This document shows positions 1 through 9,420 of a stretch of DNA of 64,000 nucleotides, in pieces. Every line of letters begins with the position of its first letter. Position 1 is the first letter of the stretch. A program made the translations under genes and the position numbers. Origin of the DNA: Dehalococcoidia bacterium (GTDB lineage: Bacteria > Chloroflexota > Dehalococcoidia > Lucifugimonadales > VXLM01); contig OY759598.1 in the NCBI GenBank assembly GCA_963662435.1, positions 1,272,507-1,336,506 of the forward strand, in the 5' to 3' direction. Below the pieces are notes generated by a model. That model worked only from the letters and a program-made list of their open reading frames with translations, was not told the DNA's origin and did no database searches.

Positions 1-996
1 CGGGAACTGCTTTTCTGCATCCGCCAGCGGGTCTTCGCTATCGATCAACGACTCGATCAGGCTGATGACATACTTATTTGTGTCAATAATCTCCCGAACG
101 TTCGGTTCTCCTCCAACCGGGAACAGAGTTCCGTCGTCCAAGAACAGGATGGGCTGGTAGGTAACTTCGACTTCCTGTGCGTCACTCCCCGACAGTGAAA
201 ATGCCAGCCTATCAGGGTAGGTGGCATCGGTACCCGTCACCGGAACCAGACTGTCTCGCAGTTCAGCAACGTACGCCGCAAATTTCTCCAGGCCGCTATC
301 GCTGAATTCCACTTCAATGCCTGGTGGGCCCGGTACTGCGGGAGCCGCGTCCGCTTCACCTTCTTGGTCGGTTGAGGTGGCATCCGTCGCTTCCGTGGAT
401 TCCGAATCCTCAGTGGTAGAGTCGTCCGACTCTTGGGTGGACGAATCCTCAGATACTTCGGTGTCGGTCTCCTCTGTGGCCTCGGGCGGAGAGAACAATT
501 CGGGCGTCATCTCTACGATCCGATAGCCAACGATGTCACCTGCCTCAAGCTCCAACGGCTGAGGGACATTTCTCGTCCGATGCAGGAATTCCAACTGGGC
601 TGTCTCGCCAATCAGCGACTTCGCGGTGTCGGGATCACTAACGCCGGGAATCTGTATCAACAAGCGGTCATTGCCCAATACCTGGAGTATCGGCTCACCG
701 AGGCCCGAAGAGTTGAGCCGGCGCTCGATGGTCCGCTTCAACGCGTCCATCTGGTCCGCGGTTGGAGGAATCCTCTCGCCAGTCATCTGACCCTCATCAT
801 CGGGCTCGCTCACTACGTTGGCCTGATATACGAGGTGGCTCCCACCCTGGAGGTCGAGCCCTAGCGTGAGTCCCAGCAGCGTGTCTTCGCCGCCGCGCTG
901 GAAGTTCCCGATCGTGATCGTCTTGAATCCGACCGCAAGGCCGGACAACACGACCAGGACCACTATGAAGATCAGAATCCTGGCGTATCTGCGCAA
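1..996 (-). CDS. secD: Protein translocase subunit SecD, 5' part (runs off the window start)
   Basis: Not in the ORF track; translated by hand from TTG at 994-996 after GGAGAG. It gives an N-terminal TM helix, LGLDLQGG and IERRLNSSGLGEPILQVLGNDRLLIQIPG, which are SecD hallmarks. Confidence 0.9.
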   Translation of the reverse strand, partial: MRRYARILIFIVVLVVLSGLAVGFKTITIGNFQRGGEDTLLGLTLGLDLQGGSHLVYQANVVSEPDDEGQMTGERIPPTADQMDALKRTIERRLNSSGLGEPILQVLGNDRLLIQIPGVSDPDTAKSLIGETAQLEFLHRTRNVPQPLELEAGDIVGYRIVEMTPELFSPPEATEETDTEVSEDSSTQESDDSTTEDSESTEATDATSTDQEGEADAAPAVPGPPGIEVEFSDSGLEKFAAYVAELRDSLVPVTGTDATYPDRLAFSLSGSDAQEVEVTYQPILFLDDGTLFPVGGEPNVREIIDTNKYVISLIESLIDSEDPLADAEKQFP

Positions 997-1020
997 CGTT
1001 CTCTCCGTCCGACGTTTCTC

Positions 1021-2541
1021 TTATGCACCATGTATACCGTTACCGTTTGCCGTCTCCGCTTCCAACAATCTGCCCGCGAGCCGCATCGCGTCATCCCTGG
1101 TCGCCACTTCACCCGCGGCCTGCGCCTCATTCACCGCATCGAGGACCCTGCCGATCCGGGGGCCGGGTCCAACGGAGAAACCGTCCATCACGTCAACGCC
1201 GGTAATGAGCCTGGGGGCCGGAGGCTTCTCCAGTTCGGCGTTCAAGATGAATTCCATCAGGTCGCAGTGTTCTTGCCACTCACCACGCTCCAACAGGGGT
1301 CCGCGCGCAGCAAGATAGTCGGCCATGTTGAGGTAGAGTGTCGATTTGGCGGCGTCGCCCAGTTCCCTGTAATACCGGAAGAGGGCCCTTCGCGTGGGCA
1401 TCGCCTCACGTTCAGCCAACTGCTTGGGCCGAAGATGGTGGCGAACGAGTGTCCTCACAAATTGCCTGCCGCGTGTTCCGAACCGCAGCCTATCGAGTAT
1501 TTCGTCCACGACCTCCGCGCCCACCTTGTGGTGACCTAGGAACCGAATCCTCCCGTTTTCTTCTCTGGTTTTGGTCGACGGCTTCGCGATGTCGTGAAGC
1601 AGCCCACTCAATCTTACCAGAGTCGAACGGCTATGTCCGTCGCTTATGCGCTCTTGGAAGTACGAGTCCATGTCCGGGAAGGTAGGAACAGGGTCCAAGA
1701 CCCAGCTTTCCACAGCCTCTGAACGGCCAAGAATCGCCTCGACCATACCTACCGTTTCAACGCAGTGGTTGAAGACGTCCCAGTAGTGTTCCTTTGGCTG
1801 CGAGACCTCCCGTGCTTCATCAAGCTCGGGGAAGACCACGCTCAGCAGACCCAAGTCATCCAGGACTCTGACCGAGTCCCTAGCGTCCGGTAAGGCCAAT
1901 ATCTTGAGCAGTTCGTCACGCACCCGTTCGGGCGATGACAGCCCCAGCATCCGGGCCTTCAGTCGGACAGTCTCCCGGGTCTCTTCGGTTATGGTCAGGC
2001 CGAGCTGCGCGGCGAATCTAGGGGCCCGGATCAGGCGCACGGGATCGTCGTCGAAAGCGCCCTCCGACACGACACGAAGTACCTTTGAGGCAAGGTCGCC
2101 GCGACCGCCGTGAAGGTCGATGACCTCCATGTGTCCATCGGCGGACAGCGTTTCGTCCAACGGTGCTGCCATCGCATTGATAGTGAAGTCCCTACGGGCG
2201 AGATCACGCACCAGCCCATCGGGGGCCGCTATGAGGTCGATGGTTGAATCGGCGCTCAAAACGATGCGGGCCGCTCCCCTATCTCTATTAAGGAGGACAA
2301 ACCTGCCCTCGACCGCATCGGCGAGTAGTGAGGCGACGTCCAGCAAATTGGGAGGGCTCGTCTCGACGGCGAGGTCTATGTCCTCCGTCCTCTTGCCCAG
2401 AAGAGCGTCGCGGACTATGCCGCCGACAAGGTACGCAGGGAGACCCCTGGCGGCAAAGAAGTCGCGCACGTCGAATACGACCGGCGAGAGCAGAGCGGCC
2501 CGTACATGCGTCGGTATTTCGTTCACTGCGCTGTGGGACAT
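1021..2541 (-). CDS. Class II tRNA nucleotidyltransferase with HD domain (probably CC-adding type)
   Basis: VGGIVRDALLG..EDIDL, DLARRDFTINAMA, DDPVRLIR and LLHDIAKP motifs. Confidence 0.88.
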   Translation of the reverse strand: MSHSAVNEIPTHVRAALLSPVVFDVRDFFAARGLPAYLVGGIVRDALLGKRTEDIDLAVETSPPNLLDVASLLADAVEGRFVLLNRDRGAARIVLSADSTIDLIAAPDGLVRDLARRDFTINAMAAPLDETLSADGHMEVIDLHGGRGDLASKVLRVVSEGAFDDDPVRLIRAPRFAAQLGLTITEETRETVRLKARMLGLSSPERVRDELLKILALPDARDSVRVLDDLGLLSVVFPELDEAREVSQPKEHYWDVFNHCVETVGMVEAILGRSEAVESWVLDPVPTFPDMDSYFQERISDGHSRSTLVRLSGLLHDIAKPSTKTREENGRIRFLGHHKVGAEVVDEILDRLRFGTRGRQFVRTLVRHHLRPKQLAEREAMPTRRALFRYYRELGDAAKSTLYLNMADYLAARGPLLERGEWQEHCDLMEFILNAELEKPPAPRLITGVDVMDGFSVGPGPRIGRVLDAVNEAQAAGEVATRDDAMRLAGRLLEAETANGNGIHGA

Positions 2542-3071
2542 TGCTCTTCGTCCGTTGGGCCTTCATCGCTCTCTCGGGCCCGGGCTTCGAGTTCCTCCTC
2601 GGTGGGATACTCGAACAGGTGCTCATGGCTAATGAGGTGGTCGATGAAGAGGATGCCGTTTAGGTGGTCGGTCTCGTGCTCGAATGCCTGGGCGAGGAGG
2701 CCGTCCGCGCATATGCGGAATACGTTCGTCTTTCGGTCGAGACCGGTAACCTGGACGGTCATCGAGCGCTGGACAATTCCGTAGTGATCGGGAAAGCTCA
2801 GGCAGCCCTCTGAGACTTCCCGCACACCCTCTCGCTGGACGATTCGGGGGTTGATATACGTGCTGGGCTCCTCATCCTCCGGCATTTTGAGGGCGATCAC
2901 CCGCTTGAGCGAGCCGATCTGGTTTGCCGCCAAGCCGACTCCACCGGAGTCAACGAGCGTGTCCATGAGATCGTCTGCTAGGCGAAATACGTTTCTATCG
3001 ATCTTCGTCACGCTCTTCGCCCTTTGGCGCAGGATGCTGTGTGGATATTCCAAAATTGGGACGACCGCCAC
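2523..3071 (-). CDS. def: Peptide deformylase
   Basis: GVGLAANQ, EGCLS and HETDHL motifs. Likely GTG start at 3071 (ORF track starts at 3095). Confidence 0.93.
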   Translation of the reverse strand: MAVVPILEYPHSILRQRAKSVTKIDRNVFRLADDLMDTLVDSGGVGLAANQIGSLKRVIALKMPEDEEPSTYINPRIVQREGVREVSEGCLSFPDHYGIVQRSMTVQVTGLDRKTNVFRICADGLLAQAFEHETDHLNGILFIDHLISHEHLFEYPTEEELEARARESDEGPTDEEQCPTAQ

Positions 3072-3192
3072 GACCGGTTCCTTGAGTCCAAGCATTGCCG
3101 TTCCAACGCTTCACACTCGGAGGGAAAGGCACAGCAAACGATTATAGCTACAGGGCCGAAGGAGTGTAAAGGAAACCGTAGCTGGAAAAGGA

Positions 3193-3235
3193 GTTCGGCG
3201 CGTCCCTTGCTTGTCTTCAGGGGACGCGCCGAATT
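3193..3235. terminator. Stem-loop, likely intrinsic terminator downstream of ccdA
   Basis: TTCGGCGCGTCCC / GGGACGCGCCGAA inverted repeat flanked by A/T runs. Confidence 0.65.
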
Positions 3236-3262
3236 TTTGCGATCAACTACCCTGACGGGACT

Positions 3263-4165
3263 CTACATGATCTTGTCGAGCAGTTCGCCTTCCGTGAGCC
3301 AGTAGAAGACGATGTAGGAGCCCGCGAGGATCATGAATGCCGCGCTGACGGGTTGGGTGTACGGGAGAATCTTGCGAAGCGCCCCGACGAGGGCTCCCTT
3401 GAATAGCGCCATGGCGATGGTCAGCACCAGGATCACCGTGCCCATGCCGAGAGCGAAGAGCACAAATGAGACGAGGGAATCAATCAACGTGTTCGTGGCT
3501 ACTCCTATGCCTAGCACTGCAATGAATATTGGCAGGGTGCAGCTCAGGGACGCCGTGCCGTAGCTGAGGCCGAAGAGGAAGTATCCCTTGACTCCCACGT
3601 TGCTCGGATCACCGAACTTGGTAGACGCCTGCTGGGCGATGGCCGTGTAGATCTTGCCGCCGCTGAGGAGCCAGCCTCCGACGAGGGCAAGCACGATTCC
3701 GATGGTGAGTCCCACCCAGGGGATAATGTCGATTACCTGTCGCGCTCCGCCTCCGATTATCAAGCCTGCTATGCCGAACAACACTATGAAGCCGAGCGTA
3801 ACCACCGCGCCGACGAGGACGGCTTTGCCCAGCCGCGCAAAGACGTTGGTCTGCTGATCAGCGTCCGCCGTTGAGCCCATGTAGAGGGCGAGATATGCCG
3901 GAAGCATGGCGAACCCGCATGGATTGACGCTTGCCACGAGACCGGCTCCGAATGCAAATCCCAGCGGAAGAAGGCTGCTAATATCTTCGAGCTCCTGGCT
4001 CGCCCCTCCAGATATTCGAAGGGCGCTGTCGACTACGGCGGTAGTGCCTGTGCCGGTAATGGCCGCGCCGACAAACGCCGCCACCAGCGGCACTAGCGCC
4101 GCAAGCGCGGGCAACAGGTACGTCTTGAAGACATTCGTCTGCTCGGTAGAAACTTCAGTGCTCAT
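3263..4165 (-). CDS. ccdA: Cytochrome c biogenesis CcdA / DsbD-family membrane protein
   Basis: NPCGFAMLP and SCTLP redox cysteines in a multi-TM protein. Confidence 0.8.
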   Translation of the reverse strand: MSTEVSTEQTNVFKTYLLPALAALVPLVAAFVGAAITGTGTTAVVDSALRISGGASQELEDISSLLPLGFAFGAGLVASVNPCGFAMLPAYLALYMGSTADADQQTNVFARLGKAVLVGAVVTLGFIVLFGIAGLIIGGGARQVIDIIPWVGLTIGIVLALVGGWLLSGGKIYTAIAQQASTKFGDPSNVGVKGYFLFGLSYGTASLSCTLPIFIAVLGIGVATNTLIDSLVSFVLFALGMGTVILVLTIAMALFKGALVGALRKILPYTQPVSAAFMILAGSYIVFYWLTEGELLDKIM

Positions 4166-4367
4166 GCGTCAGAGACCTCCCAGGTGTATCGTCCTCTTCT
4201 CTACGTCCCCCCAGCACTCGTCTCCTTATACGATAGCGGCCCATTCTTACCGTGGGCTAACCAAAATGTGACAATACCGTAACGACCTCAAATCGCCCTT
4301 GGATTCATGGTATCACGCAGCCACATATCGAGACCTCAGCAAGAATCGGTACAATACTCACACGGTT

Positions 4368-5210
4368 ATGTCTCCTCAGATCATCAAGCTACGCTCCGAG
4401 AACAACAACGCGTTTGAACACGCGGAAGCCCTCAGCCGCAGCCGCGCCCGGCGTCAGGAGCACCGCAAGTTCTTCGTCGAGGGAATTCCTACCATTCGGC
4501 ACGCCATTACACACGGATGGAGGGTCGATGCGATGTACTATCCTGGCGACGTGGAACTGTCCAGCTTTGCCCGGAAACTCCTAGATCGCTCACCTGCCCG
4601 CCGCCACTTCGAACTGCCCACTCGCCTGTTCGAGTCCCTTCGGTGGTCTAGCAAGCAGGAAAAGGGCTCCGAGCTCATCGCCCTCATAGAGATGCCGCCG
4701 GAGGATGTCTCGAGGATAGCTGTAGATGAGGAGGCGATCATGGTCGTGTTCGACAGGCCGGCCGATCACGGGAACCTCGGAACGATAATCCGAACGTGCG
4801 AGGCCTTCGGCGCGGCCGGTCTCATCCTCACGGGCCACGCAGTCGATCTCTACGACCCTCAAACGGTACGTGCAAGCATGAGTTCTCTCTTCTCGCTCCC
4901 GGTCGTCCGCCTGCCCTCACACCGCGAGGTCCGAACATGGGCCAACGCTATTCGCAAAGAACACCCCTCCTTCCGGTTGGTGGGCAGCTCCGCCCATGCC
5001 GCCCACGATATCCACGGACAGAAGTTCGAGAGGCCCGTCGCCCTCGTCATCGGCAACGAGACTCACGGCCTCAGCATGAACTACGCCAAAGTCTGCGACG
5101 CCATGGTGAGAATCCCCATGCACGGATCGGTATCCTCCCTCAACGTTGCGTCTGCCACGTCCATACTCCTCTACGAGGTCGAGCGACAAAGAGCAATAGC
5201 CGGTACATAG
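4368..5210 (+). CDS. TrmH/SpoU family RNA 2'-O-methyltransferase
   Basis: NLGTIIRT, IGNETHG and SLNVASA SPOUT motifs. ATG at 4368 follows TACAAT. Confidence 0.88.
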   Translation: MSPQIIKLRSENNNAFEHAEALSRSRARRQEHRKFFVEGIPTIRHAITHGWRVDAMYYPGDVELSSFARKLLDRSPARRHFELPTRLFESLRWSSKQEKGSELIALIEMPPEDVSRIAVDEEAIMVVFDRPADHGNLGTIIRTCEAFGAAGLILTGHAVDLYDPQTVRASMSSLFSLPVVRLPSHREVRTWANAIRKEHPSFRLVGSSAHAAHDIHGQKFERPVALVIGNETHGLSMNYAKVCDAMVRIPMHGSVSSLNVASATSILLYEVERQRAIAGT

Positions 5211-5228
5211 CCCTTCCTTCCAATCTTC

Positions 5229-5285
5229 CGTAGGGGCGATTCGGGAATCGCCCGCACACCGTCATTCCGGCGGAGGCCGGAATCC
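5229..5285 (+). repeat. Pair of REP-like palindromes (GTAG type plus GTCATTCC...GGAAT type)
   Basis: CGTAGGGGCGATTCGGGAATCGCCC (5229-5253) followed by GTCATTCCGGCGGAGGCCGGAATCC (5261-5285). Relatives occur at 22767, 22903, 41371 and 62914. Confidence 0.8.
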
Positions 5286-5384
5286 AGAATCCCAGCGACG
5301 ACTCAACTGCTATCTACCGACGAGCAAATTCAGAGCCCTGCTAAGCGCAGAAGGATTGCAGGATCAGCACAGGCGGGGTATCCT

Positions 5385-5645
5385 TTGCCTGAAAGGACAT
5401 CGACCTTGATTCTTCGCATCATCGACTCGCCGTTACCCTGGGCTATTGCGGGCGTTGCCGTAGGATTCGCCTTGGGCGTGACCACGATTTCCGCTTGGCT
5501 TCTGGTCGCCGGTCTCATCGGCTATCTCGTCTACCTATCCCTTCACGGCCCCGCCTACGAAGGCGAGGAAGGCAACCTTGTTGCCGCAGGCCCGGTGTTG
5601 ATGGTGGCCTGGATGTTCGGTTTCATTCTGAAAGACCTCGTCTGA
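5385..5645 (+). CDS. Small hypothetical membrane protein
   Basis: About 86 aa with 3 hydrophobic segments, directly upstream of lutA; start uncertain. Confidence 0.6.
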   Translation: MPERTSTLILRIIDSPLPWAIAGVAVGFALGVTTISAWLLVAGLIGYLVYLSLHGPAYEGEEGNLVAAGPVLMVAWMFGFILKDLV

Positions 5646-5678
5646 CTGGGCGCGCTGTCTTATGAGGCAAGCATCCCC

Positions 5679-6434
5679 GTGAGTCAGTCCCCTCCCAAGA
5701 ACGCCTCCCTATTCGTCACCTGCGTCGTCGACCAGTTCTACCCTGACGTGGGGGAGAGTACGGTTCGCGTCCTTCGCCGTAACGGCGTCGATGTAGATTT
5801 CGACCCTGCCCAGACCTGTTGCGGCCAGCCGGCCTTCAATTCCGGCTACTGGAAGGAAGCGCGCCCCCTGGCGGAAAGGTTCCTCGACATGTACGAGGGA
5901 GTCGAGCATATCGTCATGCCTTCAGGTTCGTGCGCCAGTATGGTCCGGGTCTTCTACCAGGAGCTCTTCCACGACGAACCTGCCCTGCTCCAACGAGCAT
6001 CGGATGTCGGCAGTCATGTTTTCGAGTTGTCGGAATTCCTCGTGGATGTTCTCGGCGGGGACAAGAAGCCGGAGTCGGGTCAGTCTGAAGCTTCAACTTG
6101 CGTTACCTACCACGAGGCGTGCCACCTGAGAAGAGAACTGGGCGCGACGACCCAAGCCCGCGAACTGATCAACTCCACCCCCGGTGTGGAGCTTGCGGAG
6201 ATGGAGCAGTCGGAGGTGTGCTGCGGCTTTGGAGGGACATTCTCCGTCAAGTATCCTGACATCTCCGGTGCGATGCTCGATGAAAAGCTCACGCACATCC
6301 GCAACACCGGAGCGGACGCCGTGGTAGCCTGCGACATCACCTGCCTCATGCACATCGGCGGCGGACTCGAAAAGCGGAACATTCCCATTCGTGCCGTTCA
6401 CCTCGCCCAGTTGCTCGACAAGAGAGGGAGCTAG
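5679..6434 (+). CDS. lutA: LutA/LldE-type Fe-S oxidoreductase (CCG domains)
   Basis: LFVTC, QTCCGQP, YHEACH and CCGFGGTFSVK motifs. Confidence 0.88.
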   Translation: MSQSPPKNASLFVTCVVDQFYPDVGESTVRVLRRNGVDVDFDPAQTCCGQPAFNSGYWKEARPLAERFLDMYEGVEHIVMPSGSCASMVRVFYQELFHDEPALLQRASDVGSHVFELSEFLVDVLGGDKKPESGQSEASTCVTYHEACHLRRELGATTQARELINSTPGVELAEMEQSEVCCGFGGTFSVKYPDISGAMLDEKLTHIRNTGADAVVACDITCLMHIGGGLEKRNIPIRAVHLAQLLDKRGS

Positions 6435-6442
6435 TAGCTTAC

Positions 6443-7873
6443 ATGGCCGAGATACGCACCAAAGAGTTCAAGACGCTCGCTGCCGACACGCTTGGCGACG
6501 ACGCCGTCCAGAAGCATCTCAAGACCCTCTACAGCGGGTTCAACCAGGGTCGCATCCAGCAGGCCGCCGCTACGCACAACTGGGAGGACCTGCAAGATCG
6601 CGCCCGCCAAATCAAGGCCCATACCATCGAGAACCTCGACCACTACCTGGATATGGCCGCCGAAAACGTCGAGAAGGCCGGCGGCAAGATCTTCTTCGCC
6701 AAGGACTCCGCTGCCGCGACCAGGTACGTCCTCGACCTCGCCAAGAAAAAGGGGGTCCGGTCGGTCATCAAGGGTAAGTCTATGCTCTCTGAGGAGATGG
6801 ACCTCAATGCCAACTTGGCAAAGGAGGAGATCGAGGCCGTCGAGACCGACCTCGGCGAGTACCTCGTCCAACTTGCGGGTCAGACGCCCTATCACATCAT
6901 CGTTCCCGCCATTCACATGTCCAAGTCGGACGTGAACGAGCTGTTCCACGAGAACCTTGGCACAGACCCCCACGCCGGTATCGAGGAGCTGGCGAGCGCG
7001 GCCAGAAGCGAGCTTCGTGGCAAGTTCATCCAGGCAGACATGGGCATTACGGGCGCGAACTTCCTCGTCGCCGAGACGGGAACGCTCGTCCTGGTAACCA
7101 ACGAGGGCAATGGCCGCATGTCCACGTCGATGCCCAAGACACACGTCGCCATCATGGGCATGGAAAAGATCGTTCCGTCCATGGAGGATATGGGGACGTT
7201 TCTCCGTCTCCTCATTCGGTCGGCCACCGGACAGCGCATTTCGAGCTACGTAACCATGGTGACTGGCCCCAGGAGCGAGATCGAGGAGGACGGACCCGAC
7301 GAGTTCCACCTCGTCATCGTCGACAACGGACGCTCGAAGCTCCTGGCCGATCCCCACCTGCGCGAGGCGCTGTACTGCATCCGCTGCGGCGCATGTCTCA
7401 ACGCTTGCCCGGTCTATCGCAAGGTTGGTGGCCACTCCTACGGCTGGGTCTACTCAGGCCCCATTGGCGCCGTCGTCTCCCCCGTGCTCACCAACGTCCC
7501 GGACGCCAAGGACCTCCCCAACGCGTCGAGCCTTTGCGGCGCATGCAAGGAGGCCTGTCCCGTTCGCATCGACCTGCCCCGGATGCTCCTCTACCTCCGC
7601 AGCGAGGTCACCGAGGGCAACACCGACCCAAGCCGAAAGAGTTCGTCACCATTCGAGAAGATCGCAATGAAGGCGTGGAAAACTTCGGTAAGCGGGCCGT
7701 CGATGATGCGTCTCGCCAACCTGATCGGAAGATTCGTCCAAATGCCCTTAGCCAGGAAAGGACTGCTCCGCCGTCTTCCCCCGCCCCTATCCGGCTGGAC
7801 TCGCCACAGGAGCTTCCCCGCCATTTCGTCGTCGCCGTTCCGGGCGAGGTGGAAGAAGGGGATTAACTCGTAG
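6443..7873 (+). CDS. lutB: LutB/LldF lactate utilisation Fe-S protein
   Basis: KGKSM, ETDLGEY, TNEGN, CIRCGACLNACP and CGACKEACP motifs. Confidence 0.92.
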   Translation: MAEIRTKEFKTLAADTLGDDAVQKHLKTLYSGFNQGRIQQAAATHNWEDLQDRARQIKAHTIENLDHYLDMAAENVEKAGGKIFFAKDSAAATRYVLDLAKKKGVRSVIKGKSMLSEEMDLNANLAKEEIEAVETDLGEYLVQLAGQTPYHIIVPAIHMSKSDVNELFHENLGTDPHAGIEELASAARSELRGKFIQADMGITGANFLVAETGTLVLVTNEGNGRMSTSMPKTHVAIMGMEKIVPSMEDMGTFLRLLIRSATGQRISSYVTMVTGPRSEIEEDGPDEFHLVIVDNGRSKLLADPHLREALYCIRCGACLNACPVYRKVGGHSYGWVYSGPIGAVVSPVLTNVPDAKDLPNASSLCGACKEACPVRIDLPRMLLYLRSEVTEGNTDPSRKSSSPFEKIAMKAWKTSVSGPSMMRLANLIGRFVQMPLARKGLLRRLPPPLSGWTRHRSFPAISSSPFRARWKKGINS

Positions 7874-8564
7874 GCCGAGAGCTGGCACGACGCGCCAACG
7901 CACGTCGGGAACTCAGCCAGAGGAACACGCCTCCGGCCACGAAAGCCACCATCACCAGGACCATCAGCCACCCTGCCTCCGGCGAGCTCCCCACGGCGGC
8001 TGGCGCTACCGTTATCTTGGCCACGAACACCTCACTGCCAAAGTCCTCCGTCACCACTTCGACGTGAATGCTCCAAGGCCCCTCCGCCCTGAGTACGAGA
8101 TTGCCAACGTACTCTTCCTGAGAGAATGGTGTATTGAGCGCCCGCACCTGATATGTGGGAATGTCCTCCGCATCATGGGCGGTTAGCGTGATCGTGGCAT
8201 CTCGCACCGGCGACCCCTCACCGGCAGAAGTGGGAACCACGTTGAAGTTAATCTGACCTACTACGGGTACCCTCGGCAAGATTCGCACAACGACTCGATA
8301 GTTTTCTTGTGAGGCGTCGAGTATCTCGACAGGCTCGTCGCGCACCTGCGCCTCCGCGAGTCCCATGGGCATTAGGGTCACGAACGCCAATACCGTCACC
8401 GCTCCCCACAGCTTAGGCGAATGGAGGAAACTCAAGACGGGAAAAAGAACGTGGTGGGGGAGAATTGATGGTAAGTGCTTGGGCAAAGATGTGGAGGCCT
8501 TCTCGCTAATAATACGGCGTAGGCGCAGCGAGCCGCAACTTTGACACGTTCCCGGCAGGAACAT
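7863..8564 (-). CDS. Hypothetical exported/membrane-anchored protein (Ig-like fold, C-terminal TM)
   Basis: Signal-like hydrophobic stretch, beta-rich core and C-terminal TM with basic tail. True start is probably downstream of 8564. Confidence 0.55.
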   Translation of the reverse strand: MFLPGTCQSCGSLRLRRIISEKASTSLPKHLPSILPHHVLFPVLSFLHSPKLWGAVTVLAFVTLMPMGLAEAQVRDEPVEILDASQENYRVVVRILPRVPVVGQINFNVVPTSAGEGSPVRDATITLTAHDAEDIPTYQVRALNTPFSQEEYVGNLVLRAEGPWSIHVEVVTEDFGSEVFVAKITVAPAAVGSSPEAGWLMVLVMVAFVAGGVFLWLSSRRALARRASSRPTS

Positions 8565-8610
8565 ACTATGGGCGAAACAGCCGGATTCGCGGACAATAGT
8601 TCATTTTAGA

Positions 8611-9399
8611 ATGATTGATCCTGCCCTTAGCGACTACAAACAAGAGAGGCTGGTTTTGACCATACGCAACAATGAAGAACTGGAAGGTGTTGTAAGAGTA
8701 GGCAAGGTCGTGAGTTCGGCCCTCGACACCATGAAGAATGCCGTCAAGCCGAGTATAACCACGAAGGCTCTCGACGACTTGTGCGCAGAAGTCTTTGAAA
8801 GGCACGGAGCGCGTTCAGGGCCTCAACTGGTCTACGGGTTCCCGGGAGTCTCCTGCATTAGCATCAACGACGAGGCCGTTCATGGCATTCCAAGAGAGAC
8901 GAGAACGATCCGAGACGGTGACTTGGTGAAGCTCGATGTCACCGCCGAGCTAAACGGCTATTTTGCAGATGCAGCTATTACCGTCGAAGTCGGTAAGGTG
9001 TCTTCACGTAGGCGTAGGTTGGCGAGATGCACCCGTTCAGCGTTGTACCACACCCTCAAGGGGACACGGGCCAGCCGACCGCTCAACGGCATCGGGAGAT
9101 CCATACAGACCGCCGTCGAACGCCAAGGCTTCAACGTAATGCCGGCACTCGGAGGCCACGGCGTCGGCAGAAGCGTCCACGAAGAACCGTTTGTGCCCAA
9201 CTACTACGATCCATGGGACAATCGACAGCTCCATCCGGGCCTAGTACTCGCCATAGAGCCGGTCATCTCCGACGGATCAGGCGAGGCTATAACCGACGAT
9301 GACGGATGGACCATCAAGACAGCGGACGGCTCTTCTTCCGCACACTTCGAGCACACCGTCGTGATTACTCAGCGGGATCCTTTGATAGTGACGGCATGA
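8611..9399 (+). CDS. map: Type I methionine aminopeptidase
   Basis: CISINDEAVHGIP, GHGVG..HEEP, AIEP and AHFEHT motifs. Probable TTG start at 8656. Confidence 0.93.
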   Translation: MIDPALSDYKQERLVLTIRNNEELEGVVRVGKVVSSALDTMKNAVKPSITTKALDDLCAEVFERHGARSGPQLVYGFPGVSCISINDEAVHGIPRETRTIRDGDLVKLDVTAELNGYFADAAITVEVGKVSSRRRRLARCTRSALYHTLKGTRASRPLNGIGRSIQTAVERQGFNVMPALGGHGVGRSVHEEPFVPNYYDPWDNRQLHPGLVLAIEPVISDGSGEAITDDDGWTIKTADGSSSAHFEHTVVITQRDPLIVTA

Positions 9400-9420
9400 C
9401 GGGAAGAACAACTCAGCCGC

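Noticed and set aside
6431..7435. Long antisense ORFs (also 14941-15810, 37713-38723, 57491-58399 and others)
   Set aside because: These are shadow frames of well-supported genes in GC-rich DNA and have no motifs.
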